Below are positions 12,340 to 25,000 of a stretch of 64,000 nt of DNA, in pieces (within the stretch, counting starts at the first letter, position 1; every line of letters starts with the position of its first letter). The translations under genes were made by a program, and so were the position numbers. A model generated the notes under the pieces. The model was given only the letters and a program-made list of their open reading frames with translations, was not told the DNA's origin and searched no databases. Origin of the DNA: Psammoneis japonica (taxonomy: Eukaryota); NCBI GenBank assembly GCA_008632985.1, contig QPGO01000104.1, positions 62,001 through 126,000 of the forward strand, written 5' to 3'.

Positions 12340-14010
12340 GCACAGCTCACGAGATCACCGGTTGTGGCATTGCTGGCAAGTGAAAAAAGCCAGCTGCCAG
12401 CGTGTGCTTTCAAGCAAACTGCTGCTGCAAGCCGAGATGAACATCAAGCTTGCCTCCAACTGGACACATGTCAGGGGGCATTGTGTCACCTTCAGACTTT
12501 TGAAGGAGCCTGCAAAAATCACCTCCAGACTTTTGAAGGAGCCTGCAAACCTCCCAAGACCCTGCTGCCCATTGTCAGCAAAACAGGGGGCTCGCCCAAG
12601 ACTCTCTGTGGGGAGTCAGCTGATGAGCGCCTTCGTGCTTGTCAGGAGGGCAAGACCAAGATCCCAGTGGCATGAATTGTTGTTGCTCATGAGAGCCAAG
12701 AGGTGCTGATGTGGAGGTGGACAGCACTCAAAGCAATGGCCACAATGCCTTTGCAAAGATGACAGCCAGGGCCCCTCACCTTGCCACTTGGCCTGACTCC
12801 TGACGCTGTGCCGAGACCTTGGCCGCTGATGACGCCAAGGCTTGGGGTGCAATTGCAGGCATCATTGCATGAATGAGAGCATTTGTGCTGGGTTTGCATC
12901 AAGTTTTCTCAGAACAACCATGATGGCAGGGCCACCTGCTGCACTGAAACCTGCGCAACAATTTTGTGGGCCCCAAGGCAACAAAATGTGGGAATGATGA
13001 TGCCAGCGCTGCTGAGAAGTGCTCTCCACATCACTCCCCTGCATGGCAAATGCCACAACAGCTGGAGCCCTGCACCAACATCCAAGTCTTGAAGAACTCA
13101 AGGGCGGGAAATCCCTTGTTTTGGGAGGCATTTTGGAAATTTCACAGGAAAAATGGCCAAGGTGAGAAAATGTTTTTTACAAATGTGAGCGCCACTCACA
13201 GAAAAACACTCAAACAGCTTTTGAACAGAAATGCAACAATGGCTGAAATGCATTTTTGTTGAGTGCAATGGAGGTGGAGAGGTGCCCAACTTTCTTCACA
13301 TTGTTTGCACAACGTGTTGTCTTGTTTGGACATTGAGTGCAGAACACACAGGGATGTTTTTCCACAGTTGTGCCACAAACAACTGAAATGTTGGCTGGGT
13401 CTTTGATGCTTTTTGTGGGTGTGTGTCAAAAAACAAGGGAATTTCCACCATCAAGGAATGCGATTGTGCCAGCATTGATGAGTGCTCCAAGGTGCACCAC
13501 CTCCTGCTTGTGAGAGAGTCCATGTCATCAAGAGGAGAACAAGGGTGCTGAGCCCGGCTTGGCCAAGGGGCGCGCAAATCATGGCTGGCACAGTGCTTTG
13601 TGCAGCACAACTTCAAAACACATGCCTGTCTTGTTCAAGGACTTTGTGAGATGGCCCAAGCCAAGCAAAGAGAGTCAAACCCCCCTCTGCACTGTGGTTC
13701 TCAAAACTGGCACAAGTGTGAGTGTGATGATGTTGAGGGCAAGCACTGCCATCCTCACAAAAGGAGTGCTGCAAGACAACTTCTCACGATGCAGCAGAGG
13801 CTGAGAAGAAGCTCCAGCAATGTGCAACCCCACAGACAGACCAAAGACAAGTCATCCAAGGCCGCCAATGCCAAGAACGCTTGGCAGATTGAGGTTCTTG
13901 CCAACGCTGCTGCCCCACCGCTTTGTGTTTCGTGTTTCAATCACGACGCAGCTCACATTGAAAAGATCAGAGCGACAATTCAACGAGTCTTCCACAAGAA
14001 TCTTCATCAG
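12340..14010. other. TpA-depleted island B (degenerate repeat/TE-derived DNA)
   Basis: About one TA (~13178) seen in ~1.67 kb. Strong TG/CA excess. Contains a 33-bp tandem duplication at ~12487-12549. Confidence 0.85.
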
Positions 14011-14244
14011 TTCTAAAGAGTCAAAATGGCTGATGACTCCCTCCACTGCAAACAGTGTGCAGATGTAGCGGCAGAGCAGACAACAGCAGGATCGTCTTCA
14101 TCGCTCGTCTCGGCGCTTTTACCGTGAATTGCATCAAAGATGCGTGAGGCGCGCGGGCAGACACATTTTTTCTGTCGAAACGCACGCGCTATCAATCTCA
14201 ATCTCTGGAAATCGCCTCTGAACAACATCGCTTGGAACATCACC

Positions 14245-15319
14245 ATGGTCGTGGCAGCCTCCTCAGCTCCGGCAGTCCCTCCCTTATCACCTTATGGCAC
14301 TCTTCATGGGTCTCTGTTTCAATACAGTGGCAATTTAGTGGCGTTTGAATCTCCTTCTGCCGCTCTTCCTCCCAATACGGGTGAAACTCCGCGCGAGACA
14401 ACAAGTGCATTTTGCTCGGAGGCTTGTCGGATGGATTGATGCCTACACCTTATACACTGGCTCTTCAAGACGCTTGCTATGACTTGGGCTGGAGCTTGGT
14501 GCAACCCATCCTATCATCAAGTTATACCGGCTTTGGGCACGGGACGTTGGAGCGTGACTCGTCGGAACTGGATGCGCTGTTAACCTATCTCAATGCTCAC
14601 CGAATGCCAAGAGCTTTGCCATTGTGGGACATTCGACTGGATGTCAAAATTCGATACACTATTAAAGCATGGAGAAGCCGAGTTGGTGAAGCAAATCAAG
14701 GTAACTAGTGCGACTGTCGTGAATATCACATGCTAGATCCTGCCTTCATGTTTGATTGTTCTTTTCTTAAAAAAGGCACGGTTCTATTTCTCCTGTTTCT
14801 TTCCAATGTATAGTTGGTGGCGTTGCAAGCTCCCGTAAGTGATCGAGAACGCCATGACAGAAGCCAACTACCAAGCCAACTTAAACCACGCCAAAAAACT
14901 TGTAGCCGAAAACAAGGAGAATGAAATGATGCCACGGAGCGCCTTTTGGGCTCCCATTACGGCCAGGCGCTTTTTGGACTTGCAGGCCAAGGGCGGCTCG
15001 GACGATTTCTTTAGCAGTGACTTTACAAACAAAGAGCTTGCAGACGATTGAGTCACGTGGGAAGGCTATCCGAAACATTAAAAGTGTTGGTTGCCTTTTC
15101 AGGATCGGATGAGTATGTTCCGAGACACGTGGATTCCAAACTATTGACGCAACGCTTGTGCCAAGCCATGAATGCCGAATGCAGCGACGGAGGACCAGTA
15201 GCGATACCATTGTATCTACCGAATGCCAACCACAATCTATCGGAAGCCGAAGGAGACTGTCAAGTTTTGTGGAAAAGGTGTCAGAGCTACTGAAGCAACA
15301 AAATAGCTTGAGAGAATAA
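14245..15319 (+). CDS. DUF1749/UPF0613 alpha/beta hydrolase (intron 14701-14813; several single-base frameshifts)
   Basis: Motifs LLGGLSDGL, LVQPILSSSYTGFGHG, nucleophile elbow VGHSTGCQ, DDFFSSD, FSGSDEYVP and ANHNL are spread across consecutive frames. Confidence 0.8.
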
Positions 15320-15713
15320 TGTCATGCTCGAAAGACTTTTAATAAAGCCGGGGGCTAAGGTGGTCTTGGTTTCTGCCTTCCGCCAAATCTACATCATATT
15401 CCATACCAACCTCCTATTCCGACTCTGGTGAAGACCAGTGTTCCACCTCCAACCTAAAAATAATCTCAAGATACTCGCATACTGTAATGCCGCACGTGAT
15501 CGAGAGCATGCTATGACGGAAGAAACGCAGCATAATATGTATCGTAGCCACTGTATCAGAATCTGACGGAGACTATCAAGTATCTGTGGAAGAAAGTTGC
15601 AGAGACAGTGAAGAAACAGAGTAGGTAGCTATTCTCTCTAGAGTAAATGATAGTATGCTTTTAAATTTAGCTATGCTCTCGACGTTGAAACAACTATTAC
15701 CATGGAGCGCTTT

Positions 15714-16658
15714 TTACGAAAAGTAGAGATGAATATTCAAAAGAACCAAGACAAACACCGATGCCAGCAGCGCGACACGCGTAATGGAAACCTCCTTACT
15801 CTTGGTTGTCGCGACGCAAGCCCCCTGATTATCCGTTGCTGCACACGTATCGACGGTGCTGATTTCTGTTGATTTTGGTTTCATTGGAGGAAGGAATCCA
15901 AATCTTCTCTTCTTTTTGGATGGCTCTTCTTCATCTCCCATGGATCCACCTTGTTTTTGATATTCCAGCTCACTGTATTTCTTAACCCACCCCGTTGCAT
16001 CCGTCAAGGCTTTGGTGCTCATGAAATCGACGACAAACTTTGGTACCCACGAAAACATGCTCACCTCGACGGAATAATAGACACGCGTCCAATCCTTGCC
16101 GTTTTCGGGATGAGGAATGACATACCAATACCCGCACGAATCATCAAAATCCGATTTCTTGCTGTAATCCAAGGTCCACACGAGTGAATTCAATCGAGGA
16201 TAATACTCGTGCTTGACAAAAAATTCCAATTTCAACATGGGAAAGCCCACCTTCATTCTTGTAAAAATGGTTTCGTGTCCGCCGCGGTGTTTTTGAACCG
16301 AGTAATTCTTCGATTCGACCGTTTTCGGAACCATTTTTGCATAATTGTTGTAATCCAAAATGCGATCCCACACAATGTGAGTGGGAGCGTGCACGTCTTG
16401 AACGACAAGGCCACGACCGGATGTGCCCGACGATTGAATCTGTGTTTGATGGGGCTTGCCACTGTTGAGAATCTTTTTCGCCTTGCCGTCCAATTTGACC
16501 TTTGGGTCGCCGGGTTGAAAGGGAGTCACGACACCCTGATGTGGATGAGGTTCTTTCGAAGACGACGCATGAGCACCAAGGCAAAGGAGCAACACAACAA
16601 GTACTTGTACAACCAGCTGTCTTCCGACGAAGCGGTTAGTATTAATAGATACAGTCAT
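15714..16658 (-). CDS. START/SRPBCC (polyketide cyclase-like) domain protein with N-terminal signal and C-terminal TM
   Basis: VHAPTHIVWDRILDYNNYAKMVP...LVWTLDY...DDSCGYWYV...TRVYYSV...WVPKFV, plus a hydrophobic C-terminus. Confidence 0.8.
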   Translation of the reverse strand: MTVSINTNRFVGRQLVVQVLVVLLLCLGAHASSSKEPHPHQGVVTPFQPGDPKVKLDGKAKKILNSGKPHQTQIQSSGTSGRGLVVQDVHAPTHIVWDRILDYNNYAKMVPKTVESKNYSVQKHRGGHETIFTRMKVGFPMLKLEFFVKHEYYPRLNSLVWTLDYSKKSDFDDSCGYWYVIPHPENGKDWTRVYYSVEVSMFSWVPKFVVDFMSTKALTDATGWVKKYSELEYQKQGGSMGDEEEPSKKKRRFGFLPPMKPKSTEISTVDTCAATDNQGACVATTKSKEVSITRVALLASVFVLVLLNIHLYFS

Positions 16659-17140
16659 CTTTTAGATTGTCTCCCAGTTGACAATGGTTTGTTGACGCCT
16701 GGGTCGGCTCTTGACAGAGTGTCGTCGCCAAAGATCCGTTGCTGGCAAAGTGAGAAACGCATGTCGGAGGGAGTTTGAGGTGGTCGGAGTGGGTGGTAGC
16801 TTCAACTTTGTGTAGAATTGAACCAGGAAAGACGTAGAAAAAAGATGCATGGGTCGCCAATACGCACGACTCACAGACTCATCATGCGTTGAAGAGCCCA
16901 ACATCCGGGTTCATTTTCTCTTCGTACGCATCACCGCTCATTTTTTTTCTCTTTCAACTTCCTTTGCATGCGACGAACATCAAAGGGGCATACAGAGTGA
17001 GCCATTCATCGGCTTTGCAAGACCGGCAACTCAAGTCAATCCCCACCATTTCGCTTTTAAACATTTTTCTGAGGAGTTGAATAAGTTTCGAGAAAAAGAC
17101 AGGGTCGAAGAAACAATAAAAATACAACAGAAAACTTGCA

Positions 17141-18505
17141 ATGATTGGTTCCAAGTCACTCTTGACAACGTTGTGGTTGCTCTTGCTGAATACCAGTGGA
17201 ATGATAAAGTTTTCCAAACTGTCTTTTGGAGGAATCCATCGCGTATCGGCACTGGCTTCCATGTCGTTTGTTCCACGACACGTTCCTCTTAGAATACCCT
17301 TGGTGGTTTATTCTTCGGATCGTTCCGTGTGGCAGGTTCGAGGCGGACAACAACCAACAACAACAACAGCGACTTCAACACCATCCTACAGTCCAAGAAA
17401 GCTAACAGCTTTGAAACAAGCAGCAACGACCAGTGAAGAGGTATCCGAATCAGCCATGCATGAAATTGCAAAGGAAACCCTGCCAATCATGGGAAATGAG
17501 CTTTCGACTGCTAAATTTGGTGATTCGATTTCGTATTGGGACACTTCCAAATTTACCAATTTTCGCGTCTTGTTTATTCTGGGCGGTCCCGGTGCCGGCA
17601 AGGGGACACAGTCGGCGTTATTGGAGGAAAATTATCCTGTTGTACACCTTAGTGTCGGCGAGTTGTTGCGAGAAGAACAGTCCAAGGAGGACTCGCCGCA
17701 TCGTGAACTCATTCACGAGTGTTTGGTGGGTGGCAAGATTGTTCCTGTCGAAATATCCATTGCGCTCTTGCAACAAGCCATGCAACAAGCTGCATCCCAA
17801 AAGAGCGAATCACTCTTGTTTCTCGTGGATGGCTTTCCCCGCAATTTTGATAATTTGGAGGGATGGGTCCGTTGCATGGACGGTGTGTCGAGTGTGTGGG
17901 GTGTCTTGGTGTACAAGTGTCCCCTGGAGGAATTGGAACGGCGTATTTTGAAACGGGCCGAAACGTCGGGACGGTCCGACGATAACGTCAAGTCGGCCAA
18001 GAAGCGATTCAAAACCTTTGAGCAAGAAACCATGCCGGTCGTGGAGGTGCTCAAGATTGTTCAAAATATGCAAGAGAAGGACGAAGAATCGAGCAAACCA
18101 GCCGTGCAAGTGATAGAACTCAAGGGAGATGAAACGATAGAACAAGTATGGAGCGACACGCAAGACGTGATGAATACCTTTTTGGCACACGACGTTTGGA
18201 CCGCCAATGCGCAACTATTAGAAGCCGTCCAAGAGGGAGACGTGGAGCTCTACTGCAAACTCGTGAGTCCTGAAATGCTGGGAGGCGATAGTGACAAGAG
18301 AAAAATAATGGAGAAATATGAAGGGCCTCCGACAAGCCTGAAAATATCCAATCCAAAAATGGAACACATTTCTGGGACCAAAATCATTGTTTCTTATGAT
18401 CGACCGTCAGCCGGCGAGAGCAAGGAGGTTGTTCGCGAATCACGGGTTTGGTCGCACCGACCAAGTGGATGGGTTAACGTGCACTTTTCAAGAAGTCCAC
18501 TGTAA
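17141..18505 (+). CDS. UMP-CMP/adenylate kinase family protein with organellar presequence and C-terminal NTF2-like extension
   Basis: P-loop ILGGPGAGKGTQ, HLSVGELLR, LVDGFPRN, GRSDDN...KKRF. C-terminal RESRVW...W.NVHFSRS. Confidence 0.9.
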   Translation: MIGSKSLLTTLWLLLLNTSGMIKFSKLSFGGIHRVSALASMSFVPRHVPLRIPLVVYSSDRSVWQVRGGQQPTTTTATSTPSYSPRKLTALKQAATTSEEVSESAMHEIAKETLPIMGNELSTAKFGDSISYWDTSKFTNFRVLFILGGPGAGKGTQSALLEENYPVVHLSVGELLREEQSKEDSPHRELIHECLVGGKIVPVEISIALLQQAMQQAASQKSESLLFLVDGFPRNFDNLEGWVRCMDGVSSVWGVLVYKCPLEELERRILKRAETSGRSDDNVKSAKKRFKTFEQETMPVVEVLKIVQNMQEKDEESSKPAVQVIELKGDETIEQVWSDTQDVMNTFLAHDVWTANAQLLEAVQEGDVELYCKLVSPEMLGGDSDKRKIMEKYEGPPTSLKISNPKMEHISGTKIIVSYDRPSAGESKEVVRESRVWSHRPSGWVNVHFSRSPL

Positions 18506-18875
18506 CTGCAATACTGTAGAGGACCATTGTGTTTTTACGCCGCAAGAAGCCTTTCGTCCCGTTCTCTCGCACTCGGTTTTGGTGATTTCAACAGCACATG
18601 GAGCCAGGACCGATCGAAGCAGTCATTGTGTCTACTTTTGGACAGACGGCAGGTCACTTTTTGATAATTCAATGATCTCTTCGGAGATGAATATTTTGGA
18701 CATTCTCTATGCAGCGTTTCAGAAAATCGATCGTGCCACAAGATCGCGGATGACCAGATCCGCATGATGATCACCTTTCTCACAGAACAATTCAATTCAA
18801 GAGCAACGCCACCATACTGTGCTGGTCGCTTTCGTTAGTTGCATGTTAGTAGTCAACCGGTAACTAACTTCGATA

Positions 18876-21781
18876 ATGCAGTCCAGCAAGCCCGAAGAGA
18901 ATGGCGTGGGTGTTGTGTCAGAAGTCGAACAGGCCAAGGAACAGGATGAGATCGACGTCGAGGCAGGAGTAGTAGAAAAAGACACGCTGGGCATTGAAGA
19001 ATTCGTTCCAACCGATATCCAAGTTGGTTTGACAGATGCCCAAGTCACTGCGTCAAGAGAAAAGCATGGGCTAAATGAGATCCCCGCTCCTGTTACTCCT
19101 CTCTGGGTGCTGTTTCTTCGTCAATTTACGGGCTTTCTGCAAGTACTCATCGAGATTGCGGCCATTGTTACCTTGGCCGTGGAAGATTGGACCGACTTTG
19201 GAATCATTGTTGGACTACTCTTAATTAATGCCGTCCTTGGCTTTCGCGAAGAGTATCACGCCAAGAAAGCCTTGGATGAACTGAGCGAATCCCTCGAGAG
19301 TGAAATCTCTGTTCGTCGAAACGGTGAAATCAAGAGCGTGCTCTCCAAGGAGATCGTTCCGGGTGATATTTGCTTGCTTGTGGGAGGAACCATGGTGCCT
19401 GCCGACACGAAATGGATCAAGGGTGACACCATGTCTATCGACACGGCGGCTCTGACTGGAGAGCCAATTCCACGCAAGTATCCAAGCAGTGACCACGGTG
19501 ATGTTATTCTGAGTGGAACCACGGTTGTCGCCGGCGAATGTTACGGACAAGTACTCCGTACCGGGGTCAATACTGAAATTGGAAGGGCTCAAGCCGACGT
19601 TCTCAAAGACAAATCGATTAGAGTTGTTTCTGTGTTCGAGCAAAAGATCATGAACGTTGTTCAGATTGCAGTCGCTGCAAGCCTCGCCATTTCCGTTGCG
19701 GTGTTGCTGGTCCAGGGAATTGTCTACGATGGCTTTGACCGGAGCGTCGAAAGGACCATCTTGGCAGCATTGAGCATCATGATTGCTTCGATACCGGTTG
19801 CTCTTCCGTTGGTTGTCAAGGTCAATCTTGCTCTCGGGGCGTCTTTTTTGGCGGAAAAACACCACGCAATTGTGACGACGATTCCAGCTCTTCAAGATAT
19901 TGCATCCATGAGTATGTTGTGTTCAGACAAGACCGGCACCCTTACGACTGCCAATATGTCCATCATTGTTGACCGTATTATTGCCAACGACGGGTTTACC
20001 AAGGAAGACGTTATCCGCTACGCATACCTATGCTCGAATCCTGATAAGCAGGACGACCCAATTGACGGTGCCGTGGTGCGAGCCTTTCGAGAGCATTCGG
20101 GAGAGAAGGAATTGGAAGACTACGAGCAGACCGAAATCATTGGTTCAATCCGAATGTGAAGCGCGTGGTGGCCTTTGCCAAGTATGGTGACAAGATCCTA
20201 ACGATTGCCAAGGGCCTTCCAGCGAAAATCATTGACACAGAAGCCGGCGGCAAGGATGATCATGAATGCCAATGGAAGGTCGAGAACTACGACTCCAAGA
20301 GCTTTATCGACCTGATTGAAAAAGCGAACAACGACCTCAGCAAGGCGGGATACAAGACAATTGCGATTGCTATTTGTGAAGGCGACGGCCGCGAAGAGGA
20401 TCACGGCACTTGGAAGTTTGTTGGTCTTATGCCCATGCTGGATCCGCCCCGAGAAGATACCAAGGCCACAATTGAGTCTCTCCATCACGCCAACATTTCC
20501 GTCAAGATGATCACTGGTGATCACGTCAATGTTGCTGTTGAAACCGCAAGACTGATTGGTCTCGGAACCAACATTCACGCTGGCGAAGATATTCGAGCCC
20601 AGTCTAGCCAGCCTGTCAAGAATGAAATGATATGGCAAGCTGACGGCTTTGCCGCTGTTCTACCAACTGACAAGCGTGAAGTGGTCATGACACTCAAGAA
20701 CGAGTTTGGGATAGTGTGTGGTATGACTGGAGACGGAGTAAACGATGCGCCTGCGCTCTCGGCAGCTCAAGTCGGTATCGCCGTGGAAGGCGCTACCGAT
20801 GCAGCCAGGAACGCCGCCGATCTCATCCTTACAGAGCCTGGTTTGAGTCCGATTTACGGTGCTGTCCTTGAGTCTCGACGCATCTTTGCTCGTCTCAAGG
20901 CATACGTTGTGTACCGTATCGCGGCGTCCATTATTATGGTATTGACTCTTTCCATCATTATCTTTGCAACCGGATGTGCCGTCGATAGCTTGTTGGTGAT
21001 TCTGCTAGCTCTCTTCAACGACATTTCCATGATCCCTGTAGCCTACGATAACGCCTCAGCGACTACGAAACCGCAAGTTCCCCTGGCCTCAAAGCTTCTG
21101 CTGCAGTCGCTCTACTATGGTTTTGTTCAAACGGCAGTTGGTCTTTCGTTCATCTTCATCATGAGCAATAGTGCTCATGAATTGACGCTAACGCGGACAT
21201 GCAACAATGCATCTCAAAGTTTCATTTGGATGCACCTTGTGCTAGTAACAGAGCTGGCGATTTTCTCTGTGCGAGCACCCTCCTTCTTTTTCCAATCCAT
21301 GCCCAGCCCTTGGCTGCTCGTTTCCGTTTTGGGTACCTGCGTCGGGTGCTGCTTCCTTGCCGTTTATTGGAAAGATCTCTCGGGAGCGGACCTTGGTTGG
21401 ATTTGGCTGTTCAACATTGGAGCTTTTATTGTCGTCGACATTGGAAAGATTTGGTTCCGAGACTTGATTGATGACGCACCAGGAGAGATTATTGAAAATG
21501 ATGAACTTGTTCCTGTCGATGAAGCCAAAACGGAAATAACCCAGCACCTGGAGAAAGAGAGTCGATACATGGTTCACCAACAAGCAAGGCTGGATCCTTC
21601 CGATCTGGATCATACGATTGAGATCCGTGACAAGAAGTTCTTGCACACTATTAGAGAAAGCTCTATTTCACAAGGAATAATCAACGTGAGGAAGAGGCAA
21701 AAGACATTGTCTACACTATCTGGTATGGGAAATGTAACAACTGCAACAAGAAATTCACGCAGTAAGAGTGACTTCCACTAG
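18876..21781 (+). CDS. Plasma-membrane P-type H+-ATPase (P3A); single-base frameshift ~20146
   Basis: CSDKTGTLT, LDPPREDT, MITGDH, MTGDGVNDAPAL, ALFND...AYD. Adding one T restores GFNPNVKR and joins the two ORFs. Confidence 0.92.
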
Positions 21782-22045
21782 TTCCATGCAACTCAAGGAG
21801 GCGGATCGTTCTGCAGCAGCTAGCTTTGAAGTACTGGATAGCAGCTCGGGCTTCGTGCGGGAAAAGGTATTTGGTGATGTCGTGCATAGGGCTAGATACA
21901 CATTTCTCAAGAATAGAAGGGATTCTGGTTACCTCTGGTTCTCATAGGCAAGGAAGCATGCACATGATAGTCGTACTTCAACAATTTTATATCTTTACGT
22001 TTATATTCTCATATGTTGTGAACTTTGACATCGGTCACTGTTCTC

Positions 22046-25000
22046 TTATCTGCTTGGGGCCCTCTTGGTGGCTGACTTAATAAAAGACGAGCTCTTGCGA
22101 CTTGCCTGACGCTGCTGTTCTCCCCTACGCTGCTGCTCTTGACGGCGTTGATCACGTCGTTCACATCTTGGACAAACCTGCTTGTCCTTGGCATCGTGTT
22201 GAAGCAACATGTTTTGCATCTCTAGCTCCTTCAATCTAGCTTTCATCTCTTCCACAGCACGATTGGGGTCAGACGCAACAATGTACCCTTCCATCGCGTC
22301 CTTTGTTTCTTCATTGATTTTCGCTTGGGAATTCTCCTCAAGCGAGTAGAGGTTGTTAAGCAGATAAATCATGTTACACATCGAGTCCACTTCACGGGCG
22401 GACGCGTCACTATTAGTCAGGGTCGATTCGAGCTTACTCGTGACCTCTTTGAACTTCAGGGCTCGCTTCCTACGTGCTACCTCATTGCGCTCAACCTCTT
22501 TCTGCATTGTCGAAACCTCGTCCTCGTCGACTTCCATGCCAGACCTTCCCCTCGCTTGTGAGACGCCTTCTCTGTTCATCTCTCGAAGCATAGCAACCTC
22601 TCGCTGTAAATGCAAGATGTGCGAATCTTTCTCCTCCTTTACCGACTGCAGTTCGGCGGTAATTCGAGCCGTCTCACTCTCTCTCGCCGCATGGGTTGTC
22701 TCCAGCACATCCATAAGCTTGGCAAGATAGTCGTGATGGGAATCTTGGGTACGTCGGAGCTCATCTTTGAGCCTCAAAATCTCGGCAGCATGCGTTTCCG
22801 ATTGCTTGGCAATCTCATCTCGCAATATATCCTTGGCAGCCTCGCACTCGACATGTGCCTTCTTATGGGATCTCTTAATGCGTCTTATCTCCTTGTCGCG
22901 ATCTTCCAGTATGGCCTCGAAATCCTTGCTAGTAGAAACGATACTCTCTTCACAGCTTGCGTTTAGGGTTCTTACTTCCTTCCGAAGAGCCGCAATTTCA
23001 TGCTTGTGCGCAATCGATTCATTCACAAGCGTTGCGTTCTCCTTGGCCATTTTTGCAACCTGTAGCCGGGTCACCGAAGCGGCGGACTCTGCTGTCTCGT
23101 AATTTGTCTCCAAATCACGCTTTTCCGTTTCAATCTCACGCACCTGTTCTTTCAAGTCTGCATTCTTGGTTCGTAGAGCGAACAGCTCCTTTCGAACATA
23201 ATCAAACATCCTGGAGAGTAAAAAAGGAACAAAAGGAGAACACCAAGAAATGAGTAAAAGCATCAGAAATTCCGAGACACGATACCGCATCACAATTTAA
23301 ACTCACGTTTCCATATCTCCCAATAGCTCAGTACCGACACGACGATCGGAGGATACCGGAGCAGCTCGGGGCAAGGACGCCCCCTTGCGTGACACCTGAC
23401 GTTGTAATTCCTGAAGTTTGTGATCCATACGAGCCTCCACAACCACAACGGCCAGTTTTGCATTGAAGTTATCCTTTTGCTTTCGGTTGCGCACAAAGCG
23501 TTGGATAATGGAGGCGGCCTGCTTGAAATTAGAAACCTTGGCCGTCGACTTTCGCCTCCACAAGGTTTGCAATTGGGTCGCGGCTTTGTTCTTGCGAAGC
23601 GTATCCGTCTTTTTCTTGGCAGCAGCCGTCCTCGTCATGCACTGCAGACTGAGAGCGGCCTTTTTCTTGGCTTGATATCGATTCCACTCGATCCTAGCAC
23701 GTGCCCATGCCTGCACCTCAATGACGTGCTGACGAATCAAGGCGTACTTGGCCTGTGCCTGCAACTTGCGAATCCACCGCTGGACACGCACGACATAACG
23801 CGTGTAGTAGTCTAAACGCTTTGTTTCGAGCACTTCCAAGGCACCGGCACGAAAGTATGCCTTGGTTTTGCCACACGCATACGCCAACCTAGTTGTCCCA
23901 TCGGTTTGTTCTTCCGCCATGGGTTGCAAAAAGTTGGAAAGCATGTAATTCACAGCGTCCTTGTCACTCATTCCCGCAATATTCTTTCGATCCGCATCCG
24001 ACAAGAGCAATCCGAACCGTTCCATTGTGGTGCCATATCCCAGCTTGTTGGGAAAACTCTCTCGAGAAATGGTAATTGCCGTCACGAGTCCAGCACATTC
24101 CAGTTGATGAATCGTCAAACGATGATCGGTTAGTTTGGGCGTCATTGTTGAATTGGGCTTGATGCAACGAATGTAACGCGTTGTCGTGTTTTCCATATTG
24201 GCCATGAGCTCCTTGAGCTGAAGACGAAATTTTTCCAGCACCGTCTTGTTGGTGCGTTTACGATGCACGACACTGGAATCGACATTTTTCTGGTGCAAAT
24301 CAATCACGCCCTTGAATTCGGATTGAATCAAGTGATTGGTGCTTTCCGCCGCACAATGCAACAAGTCTTCAGGCAACTTATCCGTGTTGCGCTCGACAAA
24401 CTTGGTGGCTGTATACTTGACGGGTCCCGCAAAGTGATGAATACCAAACTCGGTCTTGTGATGAAGCTTCTCATCAATCAATCGCTCGTGTTCCTTGTGC
24501 ACCACTTTAATCTTGTACACGTACGACTCATCATTTCCCTTGGGACGGATGCACTCTTCATTGAGTGAAATAAGCAGCCCAATCCGTCCCTCCAACAAGT
24601 CCAACACTCTAGAGTTGTCCACCACGGCAAAATCAAATATCTCAATCCCCTCGGCAATGTACTCTTGTTGGACTTGACGGAAATTGTCCAACACGTACTT
24701 GTATTGAATTTTCTCATTGGCGTAGTTAATGTTGAAAGTTTCAAACCCATTGGTATGAAAGCGTTCAAAGCCAAAGATATCCAAGAGCGAAATCAACCCA
24801 AACTCCTTTCCTTTGGGATGGTTCCGTTCGGCCGTGGTGTAGTCGTTAATCTTGCTGACGAGGTAGTCAAAGACGCGGGCATAAATTTCCTTGGCAAGCG
24901 CATCACAACTTCCTTGGCAACAGACGGTTGTAGCTGAACATTGACTTCATCGTAGGCCGTCTTGATGACACGCATCGTCATGGCGGCTTCAATGTCTTGT

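Noticed and set aside
12362..14016. Many overlapping Cys/His-rich ORFs as metal-binding or novel small proteins (also in the other islands)
   Set aside because: Explained by loss of TAA/TAG and excess TGY/CAY codons on both strands. No recognisable motifs.
16209..16778. Long antisense ORFs over real genes (also 19221-19895, 45702-46271, 63288-63860)
   Set aside because: Shadows of the opposite-strand coding frame with no independent features.
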